Shown here piece by piece: positions 42,631 through 54,493 of a stretch of DNA of 64,000 nucleotides. The notes beneath the pieces were generated by a model. The model was not told the origin of the DNA. It saw nothing but the letters and a program-made list of their open reading frames with translations, and did no database searches. Source of the DNA: Candidatus Rokuibacteriota bacterium (GTDB lineage Bacteria > Methylomirabilota > Methylomirabilia > Rokubacteriales > CSP1-6); NCBI GenBank assembly GCA_016184305.1, contig JACPCX010000176.1:12713-76712 (forward strand), read 5' to 3'. The translations under genes and the position numbers were made by a program. Positions within the stretch are counted from its first letter, which is position 1. Each line of letters starts with the position of its first letter.

Positions 42631-43587
42631 ATGATCGCCCGCCGTTCGCCCGCCGCCTACTGGACCGGCTTCGCCGTCGTGCTGGCCCTGCTGGCCATCG
42701 CCCCTCTCGTGTTGCCTGAGTTCTGGCGACGCTTCGTCACCGAGATCCTGATCTGGGGCCTGCTGGCCATGTCCTCGGACATCCTGATCGGCTACACGGG
42801 CATGATCTCCTTCGGCCACTCGGTCTTCTTCGGGCTGGGCATATACGGGGCGGCCGCCGCCCTCCTTTCCGTCACGCCACCCAACCTGTGGCTGGCGCTC
42901 CTCTACGGGCTGACGGCTGCCGGTACGGCCGCCGTCTTCGTGGCCTACTTCTCCACGCGGCTGCGCGACATCTACTTCGCCATCACGACGCTCGTCTTCT
43001 CCCAGATCTTCTACGTCATCATCTTCACGTGGACCGCGGTCACGGGCGGCGAGAATGGGCTGACCTTCGCCCAGCCGTCGCTCTCTCTCCCCGGCCTCGG
43101 GGCGGCGCGCTTCACCCCGGAGACCCTTCACTGGTTCGTGCTCGGGGTCGTGACCCTCTCGTACCTGCTCCTCAGGCGCATCACCCAGTCGCCGTTCGGG
43201 ATGGTGCTGCAGTCCATCCGCGAGAACGAGCCGCGGACCCGGGCCATCGGCTACGCCGTGGAGCGCTACAAGATCGTGGCGGTCATGCTCTCGGGGCTCT
43301 TCGCGGGCCTGGCTGGCGTCCTCTATGCGGTCCAGAACAAGTTCGCGGCGCCCGACTTCGTCTTCTTCCTCGTCTCGGGCGAGGTCGTGATCTTCAACGT
43401 CATGGGCGGCATGGGCACGCTGGTGGGGCCGGTGGCGGGCGCGGCCTTCTTCCTGCTGCTGCGCGAGGGCATCTCCCGCTACTGGACCGAGTACTACCTC
43501 ATCCCCGTGGGCATCATTTTCACCGCGATGGTGATCTTCATGCCCCAGGGCCTCCTCGGCTTCGCCAGGCGCCGGCTGAACGAGTAG
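42631..43587 (+). CDS. LivM-type ABC permease
   Basis: GYTGMISFGH, YFAITTL, TGGENG, GGMGT..GPV, PQGL. Confidence 0.9.
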   Translation: MIARRSPAAYWTGFAVVLALLAIAPLVLPEFWRRFVTEILIWGLLAMSSDILIGYTGMISFGHSVFFGLGIYGAAAALLSVTPPNLWLALLYGLTAAGTAAVFVAYFSTRLRDIYFAITTLVFSQIFYVIIFTWTAVTGGENGLTFAQPSLSLPGLGAARFTPETLHWFVLGVVTLSYLLLRRITQSPFGMVLQSIRENEPRTRAIGYAVERYKIVAVMLSGLFAGLAGVLYAVQNKFAAPDFVFFLVSGEVVIFNVMGGMGTLVGPVAGAAFFLLLREGISRYWTEYYLIPVGIIFTAMVIFMPQGLLGFARRRLNE

Positions 43588-43720
43588 CGCCGGGCCGACT
43601 CGCTTTGCCCTGGCTCGCTCACCCTCGCCCGAGTCCGGATATTCACGAGCAGGCCTCACCCCGAGGGTGTATCACTTCCGAGGCGTTGACCCCTCCCGGT
43701 GCGCGCCCGACACTGACCCC

Positions 43721-45238
43721 GTGCTCGCGCGCGTAACCTCCGCGTCACTTCAGGGGATCCAGGCCGTCGTCGTCTCGGTGGAGGTCGACGTCGCCTCGGG
43801 TCTGCCGTCCTTCACGACGGTGGGGCTGCCGGATTCCACCGTGCGCGAGAGCCGCGACCGCATCCGCGCGGCCATCCACAATGCGGGCTTCAGCTTCCCC
43901 GTGGACCGCATCACGGTGAGCCTGGCGCCCGCCGATCTGCGCAAGGAGGGCCCGGCCTTCGACCTGCCGATGGCGGTGGCCATCCTCGCCGCCACGGGAG
44001 TCGTGAAGCCGGACCTGCTCGAGCGCGCCGCGCTCCTCGGGGAGCTGTCCCTCGACGGGCGCGTCCGTCCCGTGCGCGGCGTCCTGCCCGTGGCGCTCCT
44101 CTGCCGCCAGGAAAGGATCCCGCTCTTGATGGTGCCCGCCGAGAACGCGCGGGAGGCCGCAGTGGTCGCGGGACTCCACGTCATCCCGGTGCACTCCATC
44201 CACGACACGGTGGAGTATCTCAACGGGGAACGGCCACTCGAGCGGGTGGAGGCGACCGCAGCGGGGGGCATCGAGCCCGCGCCCGAGACGATCGACTTCG
44301 CCGAGGTGCGCGGTCAGGCCCACGCCAAGCGCGCGCTCGAGATCGCCGCTGCGGGCGGCCACAACGTCCTGATGATCGGCCCGCCCGGGGCTGGCAAGAC
44401 CATGCTCGCCCAGCGCCTCGCCACCATCCTCCCGCCGCTGTCGCTGGACGAGGCCATCGAGGTGTCGGTGGTCTGGAGCGTGGCGGGGCTCCTGTCGGCC
44501 GAGCGCGGACTCGTGGACAGCCGCCCGTTCCGGGCGCCGCACCACACGGTGTCCGGGTCGGGGCTCATCGGCGGCGGCGGCGCTCCCCATCCGGGCGAGG
44601 CGAGCCTGGCGCACCTGGGCGTGCTTTTCCTGGACGAGCTGCCCGAGTTCTCCCGGCGCGTGCTCGAGTCCCTGCGCCAGCCCCTGGAGGACGGGGTGGT
44701 CACGGTCACCCGCGCGGCGGGGAGCGCGTCCTTCCCCGCGCGCTTCCAGCTCGTGGGCGCGGCGAACCCGTGCCGGCGCGGCTGCCGCTCGGTGGAGACC
44801 TGCGCGTGCACGCCCGCCGAGCGCGAGCAGTACCTGGGGCGTCTCTCGGGGCCGCTCCTGGACCGCATCGACCTCCATGTCGAGCTGCCGGCGGTGACCT
44901 ACGCCGAGCTCGACGCCGACGCCGCCGGCGAGCCGTCGGCGGCCATCCGGCGACGCGTGGTCGCCGCGCGGGACCGCCAGGCCGCGCGCTTCGCGGGCAC
45001 CGACGTGCGCGTCAACGCGCGCATGAGCGGGCGACAGACGCGCCTCTTCTGCCGTGTGCCGGCGGAGGCAGGCCGCTTGCTCGGGCGCGCCGTCTCCCGG
45101 CTCGGCCTCTCGGCGCGCGCCTATCACCGCGTCCTCAAGGTCGCGCGGACGGTTGCGGACCTTGCAAGATGTGAGACGATAGCCGCGGAGCACGTGTCCG
45201 AGGCCCTGCAGTATCGGGCGTTCGACCGCTGCCTCTGA
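43721..45238 (+). CDS. comM: YifB/ComM Mg-chelatase-like AAA+ ATPase
   Basis: GLP...VRESRDR, GELSLDG, GPPGAGKTM, PFRAPHH, LFLDELPEF, LLDRIDL, SARAYHRVLKVART. Confidence 0.93.
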   Translation: MLARVTSASLQGIQAVVVSVEVDVASGLPSFTTVGLPDSTVRESRDRIRAAIHNAGFSFPVDRITVSLAPADLRKEGPAFDLPMAVAILAATGVVKPDLLERAALLGELSLDGRVRPVRGVLPVALLCRQERIPLLMVPAENAREAAVVAGLHVIPVHSIHDTVEYLNGERPLERVEATAAGGIEPAPETIDFAEVRGQAHAKRALEIAAAGGHNVLMIGPPGAGKTMLAQRLATILPPLSLDEAIEVSVVWSVAGLLSAERGLVDSRPFRAPHHTVSGSGLIGGGGAPHPGEASLAHLGVLFLDELPEFSRRVLESLRQPLEDGVVTVTRAAGSASFPARFQLVGAANPCRRGCRSVETCACTPAEREQYLGRLSGPLLDRIDLHVELPAVTYAELDADAAGEPSAAIRRRVVAARDRQAARFAGTDVRVNARMSGRQTRLFCRVPAEAGRLLGRAVSRLGLSARAYHRVLKVARTVADLARCETIAAEHVSEALQYRAFDRCL

Positions 45239-45259
45239 TCTTCTCTCCGGGAGGCCGTC

Positions 45260-45838
45260 ATGACGAGCGCGCAGAGCCCCCATCCGATGCGGTTCAGCCG
45301 GGAGGGCGCGACCCTCCTCGTGGTGGACGTCCAGGAGCGCCTCTTTCCCGCCATGGACGCCGACCATCGCGAGGAAGTCATGCGCAACATCAAGGTCCTG
45401 GCCACGGCGGCGCGGCGGGTCGGGCTTCCGGTGATCGTGACGGAGCAGTACCCGAAGGGGCTGGGCCACACGCTGCCGGAGCTCCGGGAGACGCTCCCGC
45501 CCGACGTCGAGCCCGTCTCGAAGGTGGCCTTCTCGTGCGCGGCGGTGGAGGGGGTGCGCGCGCGCCTCCGGGCAGCGGGCACGCGGCAGGTCATCCTGGT
45601 GGGCATCGAGGCCCATGTGTGCGTGCTGCTCTCGGCGCTGGATCTCCTGGCCGAGGGGTACGGGGTCCACGTCGCCGCCGATGCCGTCACCTCGCGCACC
45701 CAGGCGAACTGGCGCCTGGCGATGGATCAGCTGCGCCAGGCGGGCGCCGTCGTGACGAGCAGCGAGACCGTGCTGTTCCAGCTGATGGGCCAGGGTGACA
45801 CGGACGAGTTTCGCGAGCTGGCCCGGCTGATTCGCTGA
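45260..45838 (+). CDS. Isochorismatase-family hydrolase
   Basis: LLVVDVQERL, TEQYPKGLG.T, GIEAHVCV. Confidence 0.9.
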   Translation: MTSAQSPHPMRFSREGATLLVVDVQERLFPAMDADHREEVMRNIKVLATAARRVGLPVIVTEQYPKGLGHTLPELRETLPPDVEPVSKVAFSCAAVEGVRARLRAAGTRQVILVGIEAHVCVLLSALDLLAEGYGVHVAADAVTSRTQANWRLAMDQLRQAGAVVTSSETVLFQLMGQGDTDEFRELARLIR

Positions 45839-46269
45839 TGCCGCGCTACTTCGACGTCCGCTCCACCGTGCTCATCGTGGTGGGGTACGGGATCCTTCCC
45901 GAGGAGGAGGACCGGCCCATCGCCTACGAGCTCAAGCGCATCATCGACTCGCGGGGCGAGGGCACGGAGAGCCGGATCGCCGTGGTGGTCACCGACATGT
46001 GGGTGCTGAACCAGGAGATGGCCGACCTCTTCCCCGCCATCGCCGTCGGGGGGCCCGGCGTCAACGCCTTCGCGGCCCAGATCTACGAGGACCTGCCCGT
46101 GGCCTTCACCCGCGATCAGCGGCTCTTCATCCAGATGAACTCGGACGCCGGCAAGCGGGTGGCGCTCTGGGGCATGGACCAGCCGGCCACCCGCGAGGCC
46201 GCGGACCTGTTCGTCAAGGACGGCTTCCTCGACCGCTTCCTCGACCTCGTCTGGCACCGCGACCGCTGA
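45838..46269 (+). CDS. Hypothetical protein (143 aa)
   Basis: Host-like codon usage, TGATG coupling; IAVGGPGVN and WGMDQPATREA motifs. Confidence 0.75.
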   Translation: MPRYFDVRSTVLIVVGYGILPEEEDRPIAYELKRIIDSRGEGTESRIAVVVTDMWVLNQEMADLFPAIAVGGPGVNAFAAQIYEDLPVAFTRDQRLFIQMNSDAGKRVALWGMDQPATREAADLFVKDGFLDRFLDLVWHRDR

Positions 46270-46307
46270 GCCCCCCGCGCCAGCTGACGTGCCCAGTGGA
46301 AGTTGGG

Positions 46308-46979
46308 CTAGCGGAGCCTCAGGCCCGTGGGCGGGCGGATATTCGTGTAGGTGACGGTGCCATCGGGAGCCTCGTGACGGTAGATGACCTGGGAGGCCTC
46401 GCCGCCGGCGTGGATCTCGAGGATCCTCCTCACGTACTGCTGCGTCTCCGGGTACGGTGGGATCCCCCGGTAGTGGGTGACCGCATTTTCGCCCGCATTG
46501 TAGGCCGCCAGCGCCAGCGGCAGATTCCCCGGGAAGCGATCCATCAGATGGCGGAGGTGGCGCACACCCCCCTCGATGTTCTGGCGGGGGTCGAACGCAT
46601 CGCGCACGCCGAGCGACGAGGCCGTCTGCGGCATGAGCTGCATCAGTCCCTGGGCCCCCTTCCGGGACACGGCCGACGGGTTGAAGGCCGACTCCACGCG
46701 GATCACGGATTCCACCAGTGCGGAGTCGAGACCGTAGCGAGAGGAGATCTCGCGGATGTCCTCCGCGTACTTCCCGGTGGCCCCCTCGGGGAGCCGGAGC
46801 CAGCCGGCCAGAGTGCCCGACAAGCCTGGAATGCGCCGGTAGCGTGGGTCCGTGGGGGCATTGGTGAAGTGGGTCACGCCATCCGGGTCGGTGAGCCGAT
46901 AGGACGCCGCTGCCGCCACGGACGGCAGCTCGGCTGCGATCAAAAGGACGACCACGCCCCAGACGAGTGATGTGAGCAC
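46308..46979 (-). CDS. Lytic transglycosylase (SLT domain) with signal peptide
   Basis: VIRVESAFNP.AVS.KGAQGLMQLMP, ALAAYNAG, IPPYPETQ.YV. Confidence 0.92.
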   Translation of the reverse strand: MLTSLVWGVVVLLIAAELPSVAAAASYRLTDPDGVTHFTNAPTDPRYRRIPGLSGTLAGWLRLPEGATGKYAEDIREISSRYGLDSALVESVIRVESAFNPSAVSRKGAQGLMQLMPQTASSLGVRDAFDPRQNIEGGVRHLRHLMDRFPGNLPLALAAYNAGENAVTHYRGIPPYPETQQYVRRILEIHAGGEASQVIYRHEAPDGTVTYTNIRPPTGLRLR

Positions 46980-47080
46980 GCCGCCTCCATACTAAGCGAA
47001 CCCGCCGGTGACCGCCCACCAAGAAAACGGGCACGGGTCGCCGGCAGGAATTTTCGCCTTGTACTGCACGGAGTTGCGGG

Positions 47081-49510
47081 CTAGTTGTGCGAGGCGAGCA
47101 GCTCCCTGTGGACAGGCTCGGCCGGGACCGGCGCCGGGTCGAGCGCCAGGGCCAGCACCTGGTCCACGGAGTCCACCAGGTGGAACGTCATGCCTGCCCG
47201 CGCCTGGGCCGGCACGTCCTCCACGAGGTTCTTCTCGTTGCGGCTCGGCAGGATCAGCGTTGTCACCCCGGCGCGCCGTGCGGCGAGGACCTTCTCCTTG
47301 ATCCCCCCCACCGGCAACACGCGCCCCGACAGCGTCACCTCGCCGGTCATGGCCAGGCGGGGCCGAAGCGGACGCCGCGTGAGCAGGGACACCAGCGCGG
47401 TCAGCAGGGTGACGCCGGCCGACGGTCCGTCCTTCGGGATCGCCCCCGCCGGGATGTGAACGTGGATGTCCGAGTGCTCCCAGAAATCCGGGCGGATTCC
47501 GATCTCGGTGGCGTGGGAGCGAACCCAGGAGAGCGCGGCCTGCGCGGACTCCTTCATCACGTCGCCCAGCTGCCCCGTGAGCGTCAACGCCTTGCTGCCC
47601 CGCATGCGCGTCGCCTCGATGAACAGGATGTCGCCGCCCGCCGCCGTCCAGGCGAGCCCGACGGCCACGCCGGGGACGCGGGTGCGCTCCTCGAGCTCCT
47701 CGAACAGGAACCTGGGCGCGCCCAGCAGCTCGCCGACAAGCGCTTCCGTCACCTCCACGGCGGCGCTGTGCCCCTCCACCCGCCGCTTGGCAACCTTGCG
47801 GGTGATGGCCGCGATCTCGCGCTCGAGGTTGCGCAAGCCTGCCTCGCGGGTATAGCCGCGGATCAGGAGGCGCAGGGCCTCGTCCGTCCACCGGATGTGC
47901 TCGCCCTCGACGAGGCCATGGTCGGCCGTCTGCTTGGGGATCAGGTGCTTCCGCGCGATGTGGACCTTTTCCTCCTCCGTGTAGCCGGCGATCTCGATGA
48001 CCTCCATGCGGTCGCGGAGGGCCGGCGGCACCGGGTCCAGGATATTCGCCGTCGTGATGAAGAGCGCCTTGGTCAGGTCGAAGGCCACGTCAATGTAGTG
48101 GTCGCGGAAGGCGACGTTCTGCTCGGGATCGAGCACCTCGAGGAGCGCCGAGGCCGGGTCGCCCCGGAAGTCCATCCCGAGCTTGTCGATCTCGTCGAGC
48201 ATGAAGACCGGGTTCCGGGACTCGGCCCGGCGCAGTCCCTGGATGATCTGGCCGGGAAGCGCGCCGATGTAGGTGCGCCGGTGGCCGCGGATCTCCGCCT
48301 CGTCACGCATGCCGCCGAGCGAGATGCGGTGGAACTTCCTGCCGAGGGCCCGCGCGATGGAACGCCCCAGCGAGGTCTTGCCCACGCCGGGCGGGCCGAC
48401 GAAGCAGAGGATGGGGTCCTTGCCCGCCGGGCGCATGCTCTTGACCGCCAGGTACTCCAGGATGCGTTCCTTGACCTTCTCGAGCGCCCAGTGGTCCTCG
48501 TCCAGGATGGCCCGGGCCGTGGTGAGGTCCCGATTGTCCTCGGTCTCCTTGGCCCACGGCAGCGCGACCAGCCACTCCAGGTAGGTCCGCGCCACGGTGT
48601 ACTCGGCGGCGGCCGGGGGCATCTTGGCGAGGCGGTCCAGCTCCCGGAGCGCCTCCTTCCTTGCCTCCTCGGTCATGCCGGCGGCCTCGATCTTCTGGCG
48701 CAGCTCGCCGATCTCCTGGCTGCGCTCGTCGGTCTCGCCGAGCTCCTTCTGGATCGCCTTCATCTGCTCTCGCAGGTAGTACTCCCGCTGGGTCTTGCCC
48801 ACCTCGGACTCCACCTGCGACTGGATCTTGGACCCGAGCGTCAGGACCTCGACCTCCTTCGTGAGGCAGGCCGCCAGCCGGCCGAGCCGCGCCTTGACGG
48901 CCTCCGTCTCCAGAAGCTCTTGCTTGACCTGCGTGCTCAGCGCCGGCAGCGAGGCCGCGATGATATCCGCCACCCGGCCGGGCTCGGAGACATGCTGGAC
49001 GGCTCCCGTCATCTCATCGGGCAGGAAAGGCGACAGCTCGACGATCTGGCGGAAGAGCGTCACCGCGTTCCGCATGAGGGCCTCGGTCTCGAGGTCTCCG
49101 GCGGCCGGCAACGTCTCCTCCACCACCTCCACGCGGGCCGTGAGGAAGGGACGCGTCTGCACCATCTCGACGATCCGGACCCGCGCGATCCCCTGGACGA
49201 CGAGCCGCACGATCCCGTCGGGCTGCTTGACCACCTTGAGAATCGTCGCGGCCGTTCCCACTCGGTGGAGATCTCCCTGCTGGGGATCCTCCACGGAGGG
49301 GTCGCGCTGTCCGAAGACGCCGATGAGCCGTCCCCCCCGCGCGGCATCCTCGATGAGGCGGACGGAGGTCTCGCGCCCTGCCGCCAGGGGAACCACCGCC
49401 TGGGGGAAGAGGACCGTGTCGCGTAGCGGCAGGATGGACAGCACCTCGGGGACGGTCCCACCCGCTTCCAGCTCTGCGGCTGCTCCACTGCCGATCGTTG
49501 TCTTCGCCAT
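47081..49510 (-). CDS. lon: Lon protease
   Basis: [45 protein letters not shown]. Confidence 0.97.
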   Translation of the reverse strand: MAKTTIGSGAAAELEAGGTVPEVLSILPLRDTVLFPQAVVPLAAGRETSVRLIEDAARGGRLIGVFGQRDPSVEDPQQGDLHRVGTAATILKVVKQPDGIVRLVVQGIARVRIVEMVQTRPFLTARVEVVEETLPAAGDLETEALMRNAVTLFRQIVELSPFLPDEMTGAVQHVSEPGRVADIIAASLPALSTQVKQELLETEAVKARLGRLAACLTKEVEVLTLGSKIQSQVESEVGKTQREYYLREQMKAIQKELGETDERSQEIGELRQKIEAAGMTEEARKEALRELDRLAKMPPAAAEYTVARTYLEWLVALPWAKETEDNRDLTTARAILDEDHWALEKVKERILEYLAVKSMRPAGKDPILCFVGPPGVGKTSLGRSIARALGRKFHRISLGGMRDEAEIRGHRRTYIGALPGQIIQGLRRAESRNPVFMLDEIDKLGMDFRGDPASALLEVLDPEQNVAFRDHYIDVAFDLTKALFITTANILDPVPPALRDRMEVIEIAGYTEEEKVHIARKHLIPKQTADHGLVEGEHIRWTDEALRLLIRGYTREAGLRNLEREIAAITRKVAKRRVEGHSAAVEVTEALVGELLGAPRFLFEELEERTRVPGVAVGLAWTAAGGDILFIEATRMRGSKALTLTGQLGDVMKESAQAALSWVRSHATEIGIRPDFWEHSDIHVHIPAGAIPKDGPSAGVTLLTALVSLLTRRPLRPRLAMTGEVTLSGRVLPVGGIKEKVLAARRAGVTTLILPSRNEKNLVEDVPAQARAGMTFHLVDSVDQVLALALDPAPVPAEPVHRELLASHN

Positions 49511-49538
49511 GCTCCTCAATCCTTTCCTGGGCTCTGCC

Positions 49539-49925
49539 CTAGAACAGGTCCACCGGCGACAGGTGAGCCGAGGCGGCCCGCACCAGAGCCTCGCTCGTCC
49601 CGCGCGCGGCCGGGTCCCGGGACTGCGCCGTTTCCGCCCGCACATATCCCAGCAGCTCCTCGATCTGCTGCTGCATGCCGAACATCCGCCGCCTCATTTT
49701 TATGATGATCTCCACGCCCGCCAGATTCACGCCCAGATCCCGCGTGAGCCGGACCAGGCGCGCGATCTCCTCCACGTCCTCGGCGGAATACAGGCGCGTC
49801 TTGCCCACGGTGCGGCTCGGCCGGATGAGCCCCTTCTTCTCGTACATTCGGAGCGTCTGGGGGTGAAGCTTGAGCATCTCGGCCACCACGCCGATCATGT
49901 AGAGGGGCTTGCCCTTGTCGGTCAT
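49539..49925 (-). CDS. hspR: HspR-like MerR-family heat-shock repressor
   Basis: YMIGVVAEML.LHPQTLR.YE..GLI.PSRT.G..RLYS, LTRDLGVNLAG. Confidence 0.88.
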   Translation of the reverse strand: MTDKGKPLYMIGVVAEMLKLHPQTLRMYEKKGLIRPSRTVGKTRLYSAEDVEEIARLVRLTRDLGVNLAGVEIIIKMRRRMFGMQQQIEELLGYVRAETAQSRDPAARGTSEALVRAASAHLSPVDLF

Positions 49926-50935
49926 GTGCGCACCGCGCTCCGGGACTCATCGTGGGGGACCTCCGGCAGAAGCCGGCCGATCTCGCGGAACAGCTCCTGG
50001 GTACGCGCGTCGAGCCCGCGGGGGATCTCGATCCGCACCGTCACGTAGAGGTCGCCCCGGCCCTCGGCCGCGAGCCGCGGCATGCCCCGGCTCCGGATCC
50101 GGAAGACCTGGCCGCTCTGCGAGCCGGGAGGGATCACCAGGTCCACGTCGCCGTGGAGCGTGTGGACCGGGATCCTCGCGCCCAGCACGGCCTCGACGAT
50201 CGTGAGCGGCAGCTCGCTGTAGAGGTTGTCGCCCTTCCGGGTGAAGACCGGATCGTCGTGCACCCGCGTGATCACGATGAGGTCGCCGCGGGGGCCGCCG
50301 AAGGGGCCGGCGTGGCCCTCGCCCGGGATGCGAAGCTGGGCCCCCGTGTCCATGCCCGGCGGAATCACGACGCGAGCCACCGCGCGCGTCCGGCTCACAC
50401 CTCGCCCCCGGCAGGCGGGGCAGGGCTCGGCCACTCGCTCCCCGGACCCGTCGCACGCGGGACAGCGCTCGGCGCGCGCCGTCGTCTCGCCCAACCACAC
50501 CAGCCCGGCTCCGCCGCAGTGACCACAGCGCACAGGGACGGCACCGGGGGGAGCCCCGGTGGCGCCGCAGGCCTGGCAGTCAGACAGCCGCTCCACGCTC
50601 AGGTCAACGCTGATCCCGGTGACGGCGTGCTGGAAGGCGAGCGCCACCGGGACATGCAGGTCCTCGCCCCGGCGGCCCCCCCGGTGGGACTCCTCACCGG
50701 CTCCCACCGGCGCAGTGCCACCGGCCACCGCCCCTTGGCGGTCGTAGAGCGTCCGCGCCGACGGATCGCTGAGAACACGATAGGCCTCGGAGATCTCCTC
50801 GAACAGCGCCTGGGCCTCGCGATCCCACAGGTTGACGTCCGGGGAATACCGCCGCGCGAGCCGCTGATACGCCCGGCGGATCTGCGCCGGCGTCGTGTCG
50901 ACGCTGATGCCCAGCACCGCGTAGTAGTCACGCAT
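49922..50935 (-). CDS. dnaJ: DnaJ-like chaperone with zinc-finger and C-terminal domains; HPD replaced by SPD
   Basis: DYYAVLG, AY.RLARRYSPD, four CxxCxxxG repeats, GEG.AG..GGP.GDL, RGDLYV. Confidence 0.85.
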   Translation of the reverse strand: MRDYYAVLGISVDTTPAQIRRAYQRLARRYSPDVNLWDREAQALFEEISEAYRVLSDPSARTLYDRQGAVAGGTAPVGAGEESHRGGRRGEDLHVPVALAFQHAVTGISVDLSVERLSDCQACGATGAPPGAVPVRCGHCGGAGLVWLGETTARAERCPACDGSGERVAEPCPACRGRGVSRTRAVARVVIPPGMDTGAQLRIPGEGHAGPFGGPRGDLIVITRVHDDPVFTRKGDNLYSELPLTIVEAVLGARIPVHTLHGDVDLVIPPGSQSGQVFRIRSRGMPRLAAEGRGDLYVTVRIEIPRGLDARTQELFREIGRLLPEVPHDESRSAVRT

Positions 50936-50943
50936 ATGGTCGC

Positions 50944-51045
50944 GGTCGCCCGCCGCCGGCTGCGGGGCCGGTGATGCCCTCGGAGCCCCCTGTTGCATGG
51001 CGGGCGAGGAGGGCGCGCTGGCCCCGCAGCCGGATGGTTGGCGAC

Positions 51046-51046
<1 letters not shown>
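50944..51046. other. Long stem-loop filling the dnaK-dnaJ spacer
   Basis: CCGGCTGCGGGGCC (50956-50969) pairs with 51020-51033; outer GGTCGCC/GGCGACC; inner GCCCTC/GAGGGC. Confidence 0.7.
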
Positions 51047-52959
<1,913 letters not shown>

Positions 52960-53088
52960 GTCTCATATCTCCTGTTCTGATCGTTGCGCAGGTCCCTTGT
53001 AGGACAGAGCGGCTGGGAAGGAGTCCACCTCCATCGCCCGCCATCTCCGCGACGCTCAAAGCACGTCGGTGCTGACTGTGAAGTAGAA

Positions 53089-53133
53089 CCTGAGTCTGTT
53101 TCACATATATCTCATGAGTGTGAGAATGTCAAT
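53089..53133 (-). promoter_or_regulatory. dnaK promoter overlapped by a HAIR-like (HspR) operator
   Basis: Minus strand TTGACA (53132-53127) inside ATTGACA-N7-ACTCATG, versus HAIR consensus CTTGAGT-N7-ACTCAAG; a further half-site ACTCAGG at 53095-53089. Confidence 0.55.
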
Positions 53134-53177
53134 AGGAAGCCAGGAGAATAAATAAGAGATTGAAAATGCAGTGAACT

Positions 53178-53207
53178 TTGACACATTCGTCGCACCGCTG
53201 GTAAGGT
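53178..53207 (+). promoter_or_regulatory. Promoter with extended -10, probably leaderless
   Basis: TTGACA-N18 with TG-N-TAAGGT; ATG 7 nt downstream at 53215. Confidence 0.6.
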
Positions 53208-53214
53208 GCCATCC

Positions 53215-53865
53215 ATGAGGATCGGCTGCTTTGGCTGCCTCAGCCTTACCGTGATCATCCTGGTCCTCGTCGTTGCGGCGGCCGGCTTCGTGTTTCTTTC
53301 CGGAAACATGTCGGCGGCGCCGGAGGTTTCGCTGACCCGTTTCACGAGATCCGACGGGTTCTCGGCCCAGCAGAAGCTGTACGAGATCGTCCTGAGGCAG
53401 TCGGGGCGGTCCCACCGTCAGGACGCGGTGGTCCTCACCGAGCAGGAGGTCAATGCCTTTCTGGCGAACCACCTCGCAGAGGCGGCTGACCTCCCCTTCA
53501 ATCCCCTCAGCGTCAAGTTCACCCGTGGCTTCATCGAGGTGAGGGGCCAGACGGCGCTCCGGAACCTCCTTCAGGGCGCCCCGTTCACCCAGCTCCTGCC
53601 CTACCTACCGGCCGAGAAACTCGAGCGGCCGGTGTGGGTGACGGTCAAGGGGCGGATCGTGCTCGAGCCGGGATCGGCCGGCACGACCAGGAGCTACGGA
53701 AAGGTGGACCTCGCCGAGTTCGCTCTCGGGAAGCAGCCGGTGGGAACATGGCTGCTGCCAGTCATGCTCGGGTCCACCGGGGGGAGGCTCCTGCGATGGC
53801 AGGTGCCTGCGGTCGTCCAGGGCATCGCCCTCGAGGACGGGCGAGCGGTCATCAGCACGCGCTGA
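53215..53865 (+). CDS. Hypothetical membrane-anchored protein
   Basis: N-terminal GCFGCL plus hydrophobic helix; LTEQEVNAFL; no family recognised with confidence. Confidence 0.7.
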   Translation: MRIGCFGCLSLTVIILVLVVAAAGFVFLSGNMSAAPEVSLTRFTRSDGFSAQQKLYEIVLRQSGRSHRQDAVVLTEQEVNAFLANHLAEAADLPFNPLSVKFTRGFIEVRGQTALRNLLQGAPFTQLLPYLPAEKLERPVWVTVKGRIVLEPGSAGTTRSYGKVDLAEFALGKQPVGTWLLPVMLGSTGGRLLRWQVPAVVQGIALEDGRAVISTR

Positions 53866-53883
53866 GGCCAGCTCGCCGGGGCC

Positions 53884-54318
53884 TCAAGCGGGTCGGCCAC
53901 CCCTTCGTTTGGCCTGGACGAATCGCAGCTGCAAGTCGTACAGGATGTCCTCGAGGAGCCGGCTCTCCTCCTCGGTGCGATTGCCCTCGGTCTTGGTGCG
54001 GAGCAGCAGCAGGGTCTCGATGGCCTCATGCGCCTGCTCCAAGTCGAGTCGTGGCTGCCCGGTCATCGGGTCCGGGGCCGCTCCGAGACCGATCAGCCCC
54101 GAGCTGGCGAACATGATGAACAGGCCGCTCAGATCACTCTCCCCGGCAGGCTGCCGAGCCTGGTCGGCGCCCGCGGGGCCAGTCGATGACGGGGCGGCGG
54201 CGCCGGGTGGTGAAGGGGGCGCTGGGGCCTGGGCTGGGGCCAGCACCGGGTTCTCCGTGAACTCGCGCTGCAGGCCCCGGCGGTCCGTGACCTTGAAGCT
54301 CTCTTCGTCGTCGGCCAT
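53884..54318 (-). CDS. DUF1844 family protein
   Basis: FKVTDRR, LG..PDP.TG, A...I..L.LL..KTEGN...EE.RLL..ILY.LQLRFV. Confidence 0.8.
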   Translation of the reverse strand: MADDEESFKVTDRRGLQREFTENPVLAPAQAPAPPSPPGAAAPSSTGPAGADQARQPAGESDLSGLFIMFASSGLIGLGAAPDPMTGQPRLDLEQAHEAIETLLLLRTKTEGNRTEEESRLLEDILYDLQLRFVQAKRRGGRPA

Positions 54319-54460
54319 GCGATCGCTCTCCCGGGGTTGTGCCTGTGTGGGACGTTCCGGCGCCGCCAGCCGCGACCTCCCGAGGAGAGGGGCGCGCGTG
54401 GAGCACCGTCGGCCCGAAGCTACCATGTGCACCGAAGTCCTTACAAGGAACCGGCGCTGT

Positions 54461-54470
54461 TGTGTATAAT
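54461..54470 (+). promoter_or_regulatory. -10 element upstream of mazG
   Basis: Perfect TATAAT (54465-54470) preceded by TGTG in a GC-rich context. Confidence 0.6.
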
Positions 54471-54493
54471 GCCGCTCACCTCCAGGATCGTCC

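Noticed and set aside
46997..47058. Hairpin between lon and the transglycosylase gene as a possible riboswitch
   Set aside because: Imperfect stem only; no conserved motif of a riboswitch class I can recognise
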